DNA from: Naegleria gruberi
Lineage: Eukaryota
NCBI GenBank assembly: GCA_000004985.1
Contig: GG738855.1
DNA length: 64,000 nt
Reading direction: 5' to 3' (one strand)
Position numbers and translations under genes: made by a program. Below, piece after piece: positions 1 to 11,633 of the stretch (positions are counted from its first letter, which is position 1; every line of letters begins with the position of its first letter). Below the pieces are notes generated by a model. That model was not told the origin of the DNA, made no database searches, and saw nothing but the letters and a program-made list of their open reading frames with translations.

Positions 1-15
1 ACTAACCAACAAAAA

Positions 16-831
16 ATGTCAACACAACAACCACAAGACTCTGATAGATTCAAAAAGCAATTTTGGCAGGATCCCAAGCTGATGGATGATAGAGCTAATC
101 TATACCTTGGTTTCTATGCTCAAAACTTGATAAATAGGGCAAACATTGAAGAGTTCACAACAAAGAATAAGAGAATTGACATTCTAGATCTCTGTACTGG
201 TACTGGATTGCTTGCATTCCAAGTTTATGATGTTGTAAAAGATCTTGATGTTCATACTAATATTGAGGCAATTGATTTCTCGGCTCCACTCATCAAATTC
301 GCCAAAGAAAAGAAAGAAAAATTGAGGGCCAGCGTTTTGAATTTTCAAGAAATGGATGGCCAAGAATTGAAATTTGAAAATGAGACTTTTGATTTTGTAT
401 TCTCTAACGCTGGTGTTTGTTTTTATCCTGACTTTGTTAAGGGTTTCAAAGAGATACATCGAGTTATGAAGCAAGGATCAAATGCTTTCATTAATGCATG
501 GGCTTATGATTTTCCAATGGCCATTCCAATACAATCTGCTCAAAAGCATGGAACAATGAAAGATACTAAAATGACTTTTCAAACACTCAGCGAACCAGAG
601 AAATTCACAGAATTATTGAAAGAATCAGGTTTCTCTGATATTTCTACAGACTCGATTTCTCACAAGATTAGAGTCAAGTTTGGCGAATTTGTAGAAACAT
701 TCAATGGTAATCCATCTCTATTGGATGAAAAGGTTTTGGCTGACACTGCACTTGCTTTCAATGTAAAAGAGGATAACGATGAAATTGAACTAAACACAAC
801 TATGATTGTTGCCTCTCTCACAAAGAACTAA
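16..831 (+). CDS. Class I SAM-dependent methyltransferase (Methyltransf_11/25-like)
   Basis: Continuous 271-aa ORF. Motif I DILDLCTGTGLLAF (glycine-rich SAM-binding loop) is followed by an acidic residue at the end of beta-2 and a post-I/II layout typical of small-molecule methyltransferases. Substrate is unknown. Confidence 0.65.
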   Translation: MSTQQPQDSDRFKKQFWQDPKLMDDRANLYLGFYAQNLINRANIEEFTTKNKRIDILDLCTGTGLLAFQVYDVVKDLDVHTNIEAIDFSAPLIKFAKEKKEKLRASVLNFQEMDGQELKFENETFDFVFSNAGVCFYPDFVKGFKEIHRVMKQGSNAFINAWAYDFPMAIPIQSAQKHGTMKDTKMTFQTLSEPEKFTELLKESGFSDISTDSISHKIRVKFGEFVETFNGNPSLLDEKVLADTALAFNVKEDNDEIELNTTMIVASLTKN

Positions 832-1181
832 TATCCAACAAATCAAATAAATAATTGTGTTCTCAATTCTCTTTTTCAACACATGAATCAATACAGAGAA
901 ATAAAGTCAAAGTAGGAATAATAGCTGACACACTTTGCTTTAATATGGAAAGCAATCCTTTTCGAAAAATTTCAGCGCCTTTTCATTTTAATTTCTAACA
1001 GAAAAAAATACCTAGACCGTTAAAAGTGAACCTTTGGGTCATCACTAACTTTTCATCATCACTCGCTAGTTTTATTCCTTAAAACACAAAGAGAAGGAAT
1101 ATCATCAATCGATTGTTTGGCCAATATTTACCAGTTTGGTCAATTTCTAAATTATCTAGACTAGTTTTATTTATTCACTAG

Positions 1182-4100
1182 TTGGAGATGAGATCTTTAA
1201 CTAGTTACTTTAATTTAATCACCAGTGTTAATTATGGTGATAAATTTCGTCAGTTTAATGATTGGCTTCCGTGGAACAGGTTACCTCCTGCTCCTCGTGT
1301 CATTCATTTAAACGATCAAGCAATCAACATTAGAAAGGAGAACAAATTTTGCGATAATTCAGGTAGGTAGACAATTGTGATTGATAAGAATAACCTCGTC
1401 TTTTTAGTATCAACTGCTAAGTATAATTTAGTTACATTCATTCCGAAGAACTTGTTGGAGCAATTTAGAAGAGTTGCCAACATTTACTTTTTCATAATTG
1501 CTTTATTGCAATTAGCCACACCTTTTTCGCCTACGTATGTATTTTAATGTTATCGTCGTGTTTTTAACAATTTTCACAGTGGTAGATATAGTACAGCTCT
1601 TCCATTGGTAATGGTTATCATTATTCAAATGATTAAGGATGGCTATGAAGATGTAAAACGTCATATTTCGGATAACGAAGTGAATAATAGAAAAATATCA
1701 ATATTAAGAAATGGGGAGGTTATGGAAGTGTGTTGGAAAGAAGTTCAAGTTGGAGACATTGTGAAAGTGAACCAAGATGAATCTTTCCCTGCGGATTTAA
1801 TTGGTATTTCTAGTAGTGAACATCAGGGAATTTGTTATATTGAAACTTCACAATTGGATGGTGAAACTAATCTTAAAATTAAGAGATGTGTACATCCAAC
1901 TTCAGAACTAATTGATCCAAACGCCTTACTCAAACTCAAAGGTGTTATAAATTGTGAACAACCGAATAACAAGCTTTATAACTTTACAGGAAATATCAAG
2001 ATTGACCCTGATCCAAAACCAATAGCTCTAGATGTTGAAAATGTATTACTTCGTGGTGCTATCCTTAAGAATACCAAATATATTTATGGTTTGGTTGTTT
2101 TTACTGGAAAACACTCAAAGCTCATGATGAACTCAAGAAATCCTCCAACCAAACGATCAAAAGTTGAAAAAATTACTAATCGTATGATTTTGATTTTGTT
2201 CTTTGCCCAAGTAATTTTGGCATTAATTTCTGCTACAGCAATTACTGCATGGGAATCTAATAATAACCACCAAAACAACCATTGGTATTTCACTGATTTC
2301 ACTCCATTAGCATCTCAATTCTTTGGAGGTTTTCTGACATTCTTCATTCTATATAACAATTGTATTCCAATTTCGTTGTATGTGACACTAGAAACTGTCA
2401 AGGTTATTCAGGCTAGAGTTTTCCTTGATAACGACATACAAATGTGTTACTATGACAAACCAAATGATTTACACATACCAGCTATGGCTAAAACATCAAG
2501 CTTGAATGAGGAATTGGGTCAAGTTGAGTATATTTTCAGTGACAAGACAGGAACATTGACACAAAACGTTATGGAATTCTTAAAATTTTCAGTTTGTGGA
2601 GTTGAATATGGTAGAGGTTCTACTGAAATTGGTAGAGCAGCCGCTAAAAGAAGAGGAGAAAAAGTACTGGAAGAACAACCTATTCCTAATGAAGATGGTT
2701 TCCAATTTGCTGATGAAAGAATCATGGAAAATAATTGGAAGAAAGAAAAATGTTCATCTACTATTGAAGAATTTTTGACTCTTCTTGCTGTATGCCATAC
2801 TGTTATACCTGAAGTTGATAAGAATAACCATATTGAATACCAAGCATCTAGTCCTGATGAAGCTGCCCTTGTTAAGGCAGCTAAATATCTTGGTTTTGTT
2901 TTTACTGAAAGATCCCCAAAACAATGTACAATCAATGCCGCTGGTGTCTCCAGAACTTATGACGTTTTGAATATTTTGGAATTCAACTCAACAAGAAAGA
3001 GAATGTCCGTCATTGTTAGAACTCCCGAAAATGAAATCGTACTCTATACCAAAGGTGCTGATAACGTTGTCTTTGAAAGACTCCAACCAGGACAAGAACA
3101 TGTTGAAGAAACAAGAGCATTATTAGAAAAGCATGCTGCTGAGGGTTTAAGAACTCTAGTTTGTGCTAAAGCTGTTTTGGATCCTATTGAATACGAAAGA
3201 TGGAATACGGAAGTTTATGAACCAGCCGAATTGGATTTGAAAGATAAGAAGCAAAAACTTGCTGATGCTGCAGAAGTTATTGAAAAGAATTTGATGCTTG
3301 TAGGAACAACTGCTATTGAGGACAAGTTGCAAGACGAAGTTCCTGATACTATTGCGACCCTTGCTAAAGCAAAGGTTAAAATTTGGGTTCTTACTGGTGA
3401 CAAGCAAGAGACAGCTATCAACATTGGTTATGCATGTGCTTTGCTCGATAATGATATGAGTATTATGATTATTAATGCTGAAAATAGATCATCCCTTAAA
3501 ACACAAATAAGAATGAAATTGAAAAATGCTATGGAAGGCAAAGAGGGAAGTAATCTTGGTCTTGTTGTTGATGGTTCAGCATTGGACATTATTTTAGAGA
3601 GAAAGAAGAAGAAAAAGAAGAAAAAGAAGAAGAAGGAACAAAACAAAGAAAAGATTGTACTTGAAGATTTGGAAACAGAGTTTCACGACGATGAATCAGA
3701 TGGTCAAACAAACCATGAAGCAGAAAAGGATATTGATGATCTTCAAGATGATGCTGATGATCCAAATGAAGAACCTCTCAGATATACTTTCCTTAGATTA
3801 TGTATGCTTTGCAAGTCTGTAATTTGTTGCAGAGTTTCTCCTCTTCAAAAATCCTTAATTGTCAAATTAGTCAAAGACAATTTACCTGGAGCTGTCACCC
3901 TTGCTATTGGTGACGGTGCTAATGATGTTAGTATGATTCAAGCTGCACATATTGGTGTTGGTATCAGTGGTAAGGAAGGTTTGCAAGCAGCTAGAGCAGC
4001 TGATTATGCTATTGCCCAATTTAAGTACTTGAAGAGACTTTTACTTATCCATGGACGTTTGAATTATAGAAGAATTGGTAAGACAATTGTGTACTCTTTC

Positions 4101-5400
4101 TACAAGAACTTGACATTACAATTGACACAATTTTTCTTCATTTTCTTCAATGCATTTACAGGTACTTCATTGTATGAAAACATTTCGTTATCTACATTTA
4201 ACTTGATATTTACATCAGTTCCAGTTATTGGATTTGCTATGTTTGATAGAGATGTTGACGATGAAAATTCTCTTCAATATCCAGAGTTGTACACTTATGG
4301 TCAAAGAGATCACTATGTAAGTAATCAAATAATTTTCAAATTATTCTTAATAATTAATTAGTTCAACATTCCTGAATTGCTGATGTGGATCTTGAATGCT
4401 GTTTGGCATTCTCTTTGCTGTTTCTTTATTCCAATCATTTCTCTCGGATTTATGAACAGCGCTTTATATGAAGGTAAAATGGTATCTTTGGAAGAGCTTG
4501 GTATTTTGATCTATACTTGCATTATCATGTTAGTTAACATTAAATTAGCAGTAGAAACTTGGTAAGTTTATTTTCATAATTTTCCTAACAATGAAAAGTA
4601 CATGGAATTTCTTCAACTCAATCCTTTTATGGGGAAGTGTTGCTGTTTGGTTTTTGTGGACCATTCTTTACTCTGTATTTTACTGGGTTGTTCCAGATGC
4701 AGGCTTTTTCCCATTCAACAGCTTATTGGGATTAGGAAGAAAATATTATTTTAATTTTTACAATTCATCAGGAAATATTCTCTTTTGGTTCACTCTTGCA
4801 TTGGTCTTAGTTGTGGCATTAGGAAGAGATATTACTTGGAAGAGTGCTGTAAGAATTTTACCATGGACTAAACAATTATATCACGTAATTCAACCATACA
4901 GTAGGGCTAAGACGATAGCTCCAAGAGAAGTAGTTGAACAAGAATTTGATTTACAAAAATTACAATCCCCTCTCAGAAAACCATACGACAAATTCAATCG
5001 TATTGGTATTTATATTACACCTGGTGCTCCAATTGAGGAAATTGAAAAATATGAACCAAGAGCTCTCGATAGGAAGAAGACACTCAATGAAACACGATTT
5101 GGTACTGGTTATGCCTTCTCACAAAGAGATGGAGGTGAAAAGGATTTATTAGAGGAAATTTATTCCCCTATTAATAGAGTTGGTCTTATTGAATTGCAAA
5201 CTCTTGACAAGTTGGATATGAAACAGCCAGAAATTGCTGAAGAAGAGAATACAGAAAACCAATCAAGAAAGCAAATCAAGAAGGAACTCAAATCCAAACT
5301 CACTTCATCTGGAAAGAAAAAGAAAAAATCCAAATCAGAAGTTGTGGAGGATCTTGATGATGAAATTATCACATCATACAACCCAAACTTTGACCAATAA
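1182..5400 (+). CDS. Phospholipid-transporting P4-type ATPase (flippase), multi-exon
   Basis: Exons are approximately 1182-1362, 1409-1533, 1580-4316, 4362-4568 and 4599-5400. Introns of 43-46 nt have GTAGGT/GTATGT/GTAAGT donors and AG acceptors and preserve the frame. P4-ATPase hallmarks are present: N-terminal KFCDN(S)VSTAKYN, PFSPT, DGETNLK, the phosphorylation site [19 protein letters not shown], the hinge [21 protein letters not shown], and C-terminal TM segments. An upstream exon is possible; the true start is uncertain. Confidence 0.85.
3601..3640 (+). repeat. (AAG/AAA)n coding microsatellite encoding a 13-lysine run inside the flippase
   Basis: The sequence gaaagaagaagaaaaagaagaaaaagaagaagaagg is translated in frame as [13 protein letters not shown]. 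It lies within a roughly 65-aa low-complexity insert between the LVVDGSALD and [15 protein letters not shown] blocks of the ATPase domain. Confidence 0.8.
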
Positions 5401-5452
5401 TAAATATTACTTCCTCTTCAATTTTAAAATATTTAATTAAATATTTTAAAAA

Positions 5453-8400
5453 ATGCTTCCTTCGTCATCCGAGGCTTCCTCATCACAGCAGAAGGATCTC
5501 GAACAACAAACAAAGAAGAAAGGATCAAGATGGGATTCAAAAGTAAAAGTATCTTCATCAACAGAAGATCAAAATAACAAGAAACATAAAAGATATGACG
5601 GATCTTCATCAAGTGAAAGTAACTTGGAAAACGAACCACCAAAGAAAATTCAAAAATCAGCTTGGGAAGATATGGACGATGATGTTGAGGATGTAGATGA
5701 CTTTGTTCAAATGAAAAGTGGATATTCATCAGCACAAAGTTCTGGTTTATCTTCGGATGAAGATTATATGCCATTGGAAAGAAAAAGAGGTGACAGATTA
5801 GAGTCTTCTGCTTCTTCTTCATCTTCTAGCAGACCATCCAATGCCACCCCTTTAGTTGGATCTGGAAAATGGGACAATAGTATGAAAACTCCAGTCTATT
5901 CCGGATCCAGTTCGAGTGCTGCAACTCCTCTCCTAACACCAAGAAATTCAGGTTTTAGTAGAAATGGTGCAGTGATTGCCACACCTCTAGGAAATATGAC
6001 TCCACAAGAGTATTCACAGTTAAAGATTGAACAAGAAATAGATTCCCGAAACAGACCACTCACTGATGAAGAACTAGATGCTATTCTTCCATCAGAGGGT
6101 TTTGAGATTCTTCAACCCCCAACAGATTATGTTCCTAAGAGAAGAAATAGAACAAGTTCTTTTTCAAGTGGAGAAGTGACACCATTGAATGGTAGTGCAA
6201 CACCTTACTATAGCATTCCAGATGAATTGAATGCATCTAATTTTGGAATTCAAACAGGAACTCTTGGAGCAGACATGCCTGAAATGAAACCAGACGATTA
6301 TCAATATTTTAGTAAACTCTTAGAGGAAAAGGAAGAAAAGGATATGAGTGATGAAGAAAAAGTGGAGAGAAAAATTCTCAAATTGCTCTTAAAGATTAAA
6401 AATGGTACCCCACAAATGAGAAAACAAGCTATGAAGTTTATTACAGATCATGCCAAAGAATTGGGGGCTGGTCCTTTGTTCGATCAAATATTGCCACTAA
6501 TGATGTCAACAACTCTGGAAGAACAAGAAAGACACTTGTTGGTCAAGTTAATTGACAGAATTTTATACAAATTGGATGACCTAGTTAGACCTTATGTACA
6601 CAAGATATTACTTGTAACTCAACCAATGTTGATTGATGAAGATTATTTCACCAGAATTGAAGGAAGAGAAATTATTGCTAATCTTGCAAAAGCTGCCGGT
6701 TTGGCCACAATGATAGCTGCTATGAGACCTGATATTGATCACGCAGAAGAGTATGTAAGAAATACAACCAGTAGAGCCTTTGCAGTTGTTGCTAGTGCTT
6801 TGGGTGTTCAAAACCTGTTACCTTTCCTAAAGGCTGTTTGTAAATATAAGAAGACTTGGGAAACTAGACATACTGGTATGAGAATCGTTCAACATATTGC
6901 CATTCAATTAGGTTGTGGTGTATTGCCATATTTAACAGAACTGGTAGAAATAATCAAGGATGGATTTAATGATAGTGAACCAAAAGTGAGGAGCATGACT
7001 GGTTTAGCTGTTGCTGCTCTTGCCCAATCATCAGCTCCATTCGGTATTGAATCATTTGAATGTGTTTTGAAACCATTGTGGAAAGGTTTGTCAAACAATA
7101 AGGGTAAGATTCTAGCTGCATACATCAAAGCTGTGGGTTATATTATCCCACTCATGGATGCTACCAGCGCTAAAAAATATACTTCTGTTGTGATTGATAA
7201 TATTGTTAAACAATTTGATAGTCAAGAAGAAGAAATGAAAAGAATAGTTTTGAAGGCAGTAGCTCAATGCGTGGCTACCGATGGTATTGATGCAACTTTT
7301 GTCAGAGAGAGAATTATTCCAAAATTCTTTTCTAGTTTTTGGGACAGAAGTATGGTTAATGATAGAAGAAACTATAATCAACTTGTAGAAACAACTGTTG
7401 CAATTGCCACAAATGTTGGCTGTTCCCTTGTTGTTGGAGAGCTTATAAGCAATTTGAAAGACGAAAATGAACCATTCAGACACATGACCTTGGAAACAAT
7501 CACCAAAATTATTGAAAATCTAGGAACTGCTGATATTGGTGAACGTTTGGAATTGGAAATATTGGAAGAATGTCTCATTTTCTGTATTGTCCAAGATCAA
7601 AGTAGTCCTGTAAATGATAAGAAGAATTATTATCTTGTAATTAACTCTGTTGCCACAATAATGAAAGCATTCGGTATTAGATGTAAAAAGTACTTGCCAA
7701 AGCTTACAGGTACTATTCTTCACAGGTTAACCAACAAGTCTGAGAAGGTTAGACAACAAGCAGCTGATTTATTGACAGACATGATATCAATAGTGAAGCT
7801 TTGCAATGAAGAAACTCGTCTAACTCAATTCAAAATGATAATCTACGAATTTTTAAGAGATGAAGAATATCCTGATGTTTTGGGATCTGTATTAGCTTCT
7901 ATGAATGCCATTGTAGAGGCTCTTGGTGAGGGTGATGAGTCCAAACCATCGATAGACGAAGTTCTCACCAGATGTACCCCAATTCTTAAAAACAGGAACG
8001 AGAAGGTTGAAGAAAATCTTATCAACCTGATTGGTACAATTGCCAAGACATCAGCAAATAGAGTGAGTGGTAAGGAATGGTTAAGAATTTGTTTTGATTT
8101 ATTGGAAGTGCTTAGAGCTCACAAGAAATCAATCAGAAGAGCAGCTATCAAAACTTTTGGTTATATTGCCAAGGAAATTGGTCCATCAGATGTGTTGGTA
8201 ACTCTTCTAAGCAATCTTAGAGTCCAAGAACGTCAAAACAGAGTGTGTACCACTATCGCTATTGCCATTGTTGCTGAAACCTGTGGCCCATTTACAGTGC
8301 TTCCAGCCCTCATGAATGAATACCGAGTACCTGAGCTTAATGTTAGAACTGGTGTACTCAAATCACTCTCCTTCCTATTTGAATATATTGGAGATTTATC

Positions 8401-8830
8401 TACTGATTATATCTATGCTGTTACGCCACTCATTGAGGATGCCTTAATGGACAGAGATCTTGTTCACAGACAAACAGCATGTGCAGCCGTGAAACATATA
8501 GCACTTGGTGTGTATGGCAGAGGAAAAGAGGATATTCTACTCCACTTGTTGAATTATGTTTGGCCCAACATTTTCGAAACATCCGCCCATGTTATCAACT
8601 CTGTCATGGAATCTATTGAGGCTCTTCGTGTAGCATTGGGCCCTTGTGTATTTTTACAGTATTTATTGCAAGGTCTGTTTAGTCCTGCAAGAAAGGTTAG
8701 AAATGCCTTTTGGAAAGTTTACAACAATGTATATATTGGTCACCAAGATGCACTTGTACCATTTTACCCAAGCATAACCAACGAAGAGGAGAACCATTAC
8801 GAAAGAACAGAGCTTAATTGGTTCATATAA
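5453..8830 (+). CDS. SF3B1: Splicing factor 3B subunit 1 (SF3B1/SAP155), single exon
   Basis: 1125-aa ORF. The N-terminal region carries TP-dipeptide and Ser-rich tracts (TPLLTPRNSG, TPLGNMTPQEY). It is followed by the HEAT-repeat array (KILKLLLKIKNGTPQMRKQAMKFITD, TRHTGMRIVQHIAIQLGCG) and a C-terminus VYNNVYIGHQDALVPFYP...ELNWFI that matches the SF3B1 C-terminus. Confidence 0.9.
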   Translation: MLPSSSEASSSQQKDLEQQTKKKGSRWDSKVKVSSSTEDQNNKKHKRYDGSSSSESNLENEPPKKIQKSAWEDMDDDVEDVDDFVQMKSGYSSAQSSGLSSDEDYMPLERKRGDRLESSASSSSSSRPSNATPLVGSGKWDNSMKTPVYSGSSSSAATPLLTPRNSGFSRNGAVIATPLGNMTPQEYSQLKIEQEIDSRNRPLTDEELDAILPSEGFEILQPPTDYVPKRRNRTSSFSSGEVTPLNGSATPYYSIPDELNASNFGIQTGTLGADMPEMKPDDYQYFSKLLEEKEEKDMSDEEKVERKILKLLLKIKNGTPQMRKQAMKFITDHAKELGAGPLFDQILPLMMSTTLEEQERHLLVKLIDRILYKLDDLVRPYVHKILLVTQPMLIDEDYFTRIEGREIIANLAKAAGLATMIAAMRPDIDHAEEYVRNTTSRAFAVVASALGVQNLLPFLKAVCKYKKTWETRHTGMRIVQHIAIQLGCGVLPYLTELVEIIKDGFNDSEPKVRSMTGLAVAALAQSSAPFGIESFECVLKPLWKGLSNNKGKILAAYIKAVGYIIPLMDATSAKKYTSVVIDNIVKQFDSQEEEMKRIVLKAVAQCVATDGIDATFVRERIIPKFFSSFWDRSMVNDRRNYNQLVETTVAIATNVGCSLVVGELISNLKDENEPFRHMTLETITKIIENLGTADIGERLELEILEECLIFCIVQDQSSPVNDKKNYYLVINSVATIMKAFGIRCKKYLPKLTGTILHRLTNKSEKVRQQAADLLTDMISIVKLCNEETRLTQFKMIIYEFLRDEEYPDVLGSVLASMNAIVEALGEGDESKPSIDEVLTRCTPILKNRNEKVEENLINLIGTIAKTSANRVSGKEWLRICFDLLEVLRAHKKSIRRAAIKTFGYIAKEIGPSDVLVTLLSNLRVQERQNRVCTTIAIAIVAETCGPFTVLPALMNEYRVPELNVRTGVLKSLSFLFEYIGDLSTDYIYAVTPLIEDALMDRDLVHRQTACAAVKHIALGVYGRGKEDILLHLLNYVWPNIFETSAHVINSVMESIEALRVALGPCVFLQYLLQGLFSPARKVRNAFWKVYNNVYIGHQDALVPFYPSITNEEENHYERTELNWFI

Positions 8831-8972
8831 CGGGCTTCTTATTTTGGGATTTCAAACTTCTAGTTTGAAACCTCCTTTCTTTGTTAAAGATACCGTAAAT
8901 GAAAATTTCTAATTAGTAAACTTCCTTAAAAGCAAATTTACCGTACTTTTAACTATTGATCAACGTGTTAAA

Positions 8973-11309
8973 GTGTATCACCTTAATATGGATTTACTGT
9001 ACAAGCTTGAGCCGAGTTGTTGCGTGGGTAGAGCTCAATCCACGCACCAACTCACCTCAAGAAGTTCTTCATTCATAAAGCAGATTACCTTGGTACACAG
9101 AATTAAAAAAATCGAAACACTGAATCAAATGAGCTCTTTTTCACAATTTGTAATAAGCTCTTCAACAGGACCTTCTTCTGTCTGCCGCTGTCCTACCTGT
9201 GCCTTTACACAGTATAATCCATTTGTGGCTGCAAATGAAGGCAGATATTCCTATGTCATGAGATGCATGGTACACATGTGTGTTACTCATAATGTATCTC
9301 CACCTGTTACTTTTTCCACTGATAATAATACTATAAGGAAATGCATAATTGCATGTAATGATACCGACAACCTCCATGCAGAAGCAGCTCGAGAATATGC
9401 TCTCATGGATATTGTGAGAACTCTTGGACATCATGTCAACCCATGCATCTTTGATCTCTACTCCAGCTACCTATTTGAGGTAAACCACAGCTGGGCCTTA
9501 TCATTATGGTTGGAAGCAACCAGATTCATTGCCTCAATCAATATAACAATCTCTAAAAAGAGTATTCTTATTCTAGAAAATATGTTCGAAATGATTTATT
9601 CCAAATTAACAGATAATGAAGATTATGAACACCAACCAGATGATCTTCAATTCGTTGACAACATTTGCCATATTTTCTATAAAAGTAATCACTTCCCAAA
9701 AGAACTCATCTCCAAGCTCTATCTGATCGTTGATTGTGATAATGGGATGGAGCTCGTTCCCTTACTCAAACAAACTGGTACCTATCTTGAATATTTAATA
9801 GCAAGGAATGACCCTACTCCAGTAAAGGAATTGGATTGTGATATACTGAAATGGAACTATCAAATCGTTCCACCAGATGATCTGTCAGAGCGTAGACTTT
9901 ATCGTTTGCTGTACTTTAAAATACGGTTAGGCTTACCAAGTTCTGTAACTGACTTGTTTAATTTCATGTTTGTTGAGCAATTGATTGGTGACTCACCAAT
10001 TAAGGAATTGTTGGTTGATAACTTTGAAACATACATTCAATCCCATCCAGAGCATGCAGAGGCTATCAGAGCTACTCTCCTTGAAACCACTATTACCTAT
10101 GCTTATGAGGGTAAATGGGATGTGGCTGGATTGAATATAAGAATTTTGGGAAAGATGGGGAGAGAATATAATGATTTGGTCCATTTGATCCAGTCGTGTG
10201 TTAACCATTATAGACCTAATGAACTGAATGAATTCTTTACGGAATTCTTGATAGATGTTCTTTTCCTTTTTTATAAGGAGAAGCATAATTTTTCACTTCA
10301 GCAAATACAAGCAATAGAAAATCTCTTCAATCTCTTTACGGAACATCTTACGCCTCTTGATTCGTGCTTTGACCTTTCTGAAAGACAATATATAGAAATA
10401 TTGGATTTAGCGTTGTCATTCAAAGAGAACAGGTCCCACAGATACCAAGGAATAACAAAAAAACTAGTTTCTGCATTCGAAAGTGCATTACACTGTTGTG
10501 TGGAAAGCACAGAGTTTCTATTGCAGCTGTTTTGTGAAAGGTGGGCTAACAGCTTGGATGACCATACTCAAGCTTCTAAATTCCATGAGCTATTCGAAGA
10601 TGACACCATTTGGAATCATGCTCTTAGCTCAGAAATCCAAAAAACAACTATATCACGTATTCGAATCCTGAATAAGCTCTTATCAAACAGACCTCTTCTT
10701 GATTTATTCCTACCACAAGAAACTGCAAGAGATCATCTTGGTTACATTTTAGGTGTCACCTCTCAATCTAATGTTGTTGGTTATCGTAAGAACAGTCCAC
10801 ACTATCAAGAGTTTCTGAGGTTTGGTACTTTAGTGAACAGTGTTCTGGAATTAATTGATCAAGACGTTTATAACGGAGCTTTACCTTATGAGATTTACAC
10901 CATATCAATCTACTTTTCAATTTTATGTAAATTCTATGCAGAAGAAGCCAAAGATCAAGAGCTTCAATCCTTTGACAGCTTTTTAAAAGTAATTCTAGTA
11001 ACTGCTGATGAAAATGGTTATGACCATAGTGTTCTCCACACTGTCAAACTATTAACTCAAAAGAAGGTTTATCTTGAAAATTCTGAAGCAACCTTGACTC
11101 TCTTTGGGATTTGTAAACTTTTAAACCTGATTAATTATGTTATGAACAATGATACCAGTGATTCATATGATTTTTCCGAAACTTTGAATTACTATCAAAA
11201 TCAGCCATTAATGAGAGATGCTCCACATCAAAACACAATTCAAAATCTAATTGAAAAGCATCAATTATTGAAGAATTTATCTCAAAGCAATCGAATGACT
11301 GATGAATAA
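8973..11309 (+). CDS. Hypothetical large alpha-helical protein (function unknown)
   Basis: 778-aa uninterrupted ORF with no domain I can name. The real start may be the internal Met near 9131 (MSSFSQF). Its position and size fit a single-exon gene between SF3B1 and the WD40 gene. Confidence 0.5.
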   Translation: MYHLNMDLLYKLEPSCCVGRAQSTHQLTSRSSSFIKQITLVHRIKKIETLNQMSSFSQFVISSSTGPSSVCRCPTCAFTQYNPFVAANEGRYSYVMRCMVHMCVTHNVSPPVTFSTDNNTIRKCIIACNDTDNLHAEAAREYALMDIVRTLGHHVNPCIFDLYSSYLFEVNHSWALSLWLEATRFIASINITISKKSILILENMFEMIYSKLTDNEDYEHQPDDLQFVDNICHIFYKSNHFPKELISKLYLIVDCDNGMELVPLLKQTGTYLEYLIARNDPTPVKELDCDILKWNYQIVPPDDLSERRLYRLLYFKIRLGLPSSVTDLFNFMFVEQLIGDSPIKELLVDNFETYIQSHPEHAEAIRATLLETTITYAYEGKWDVAGLNIRILGKMGREYNDLVHLIQSCVNHYRPNELNEFFTEFLIDVLFLFYKEKHNFSLQQIQAIENLFNLFTEHLTPLDSCFDLSERQYIEILDLALSFKENRSHRYQGITKKLVSAFESALHCCVESTEFLLQLFCERWANSLDDHTQASKFHELFEDDTIWNHALSSEIQKTTISRIRILNKLLSNRPLLDLFLPQETARDHLGYILGVTSQSNVVGYRKNSPHYQEFLRFGTLVNSVLELIDQDVYNGALPYEIYTISIYFSILCKFYAEEAKDQELQSFDSFLKVILVTADENGYDHSVLHTVKLLTQKKVYLENSEATLTLFGICKLLNLINYVMNNDTSDSYDFSETLNYYQNQPLMRDAPHQNTIQNLIEKHQLLKNLSQSNRMTDE

Positions 11310-11633
11310 TATTATTGTAATAAATTGTATTATATTTCGTTTAAACCTTAGGTGGTATTTTCTCATCATCAATATTTACAGTGGGAGAAAGCTCTGTTCG
11401 CTCATAATTGTTCCAACTCCTTTTTTTCAAGTCGTAAATTTTTTAAAAAACCACCAAAAAAAACGGATTAAGGACAATCTTGAGGAAATCGAGACGAGGA
11501 ATATTGAGAGAGTTTCTTGTATAGTAGTAGCGATAGATATAATAATACTCTGAGTTGTTGAGGAGGAATAGATTCGTTCTTCTTCTTCATAATTTATTCA
11601 TCAAAAGTTGGAATAAAATAGTAGTATTGGAAA

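Noticed and set aside
832-1181. Searched spacers for tRNA genes (a common feature near dictyostelid retroelements)
   Set aside because: I could not find a GGTTCGAATCC-type T-loop with matching acceptor-stem pairing in any spacer, and no cloverleaf-like candidates were seen.
11302-11553. 83-aa ORF in the spacer between the 8973-11309 gene and the WD40 gene
   Set aside because: It is extremely AT-rich and Ile/Asn-biased. It overlaps the upstream stop and probable UTR or promoter, and has no similarity to anything I recognise.
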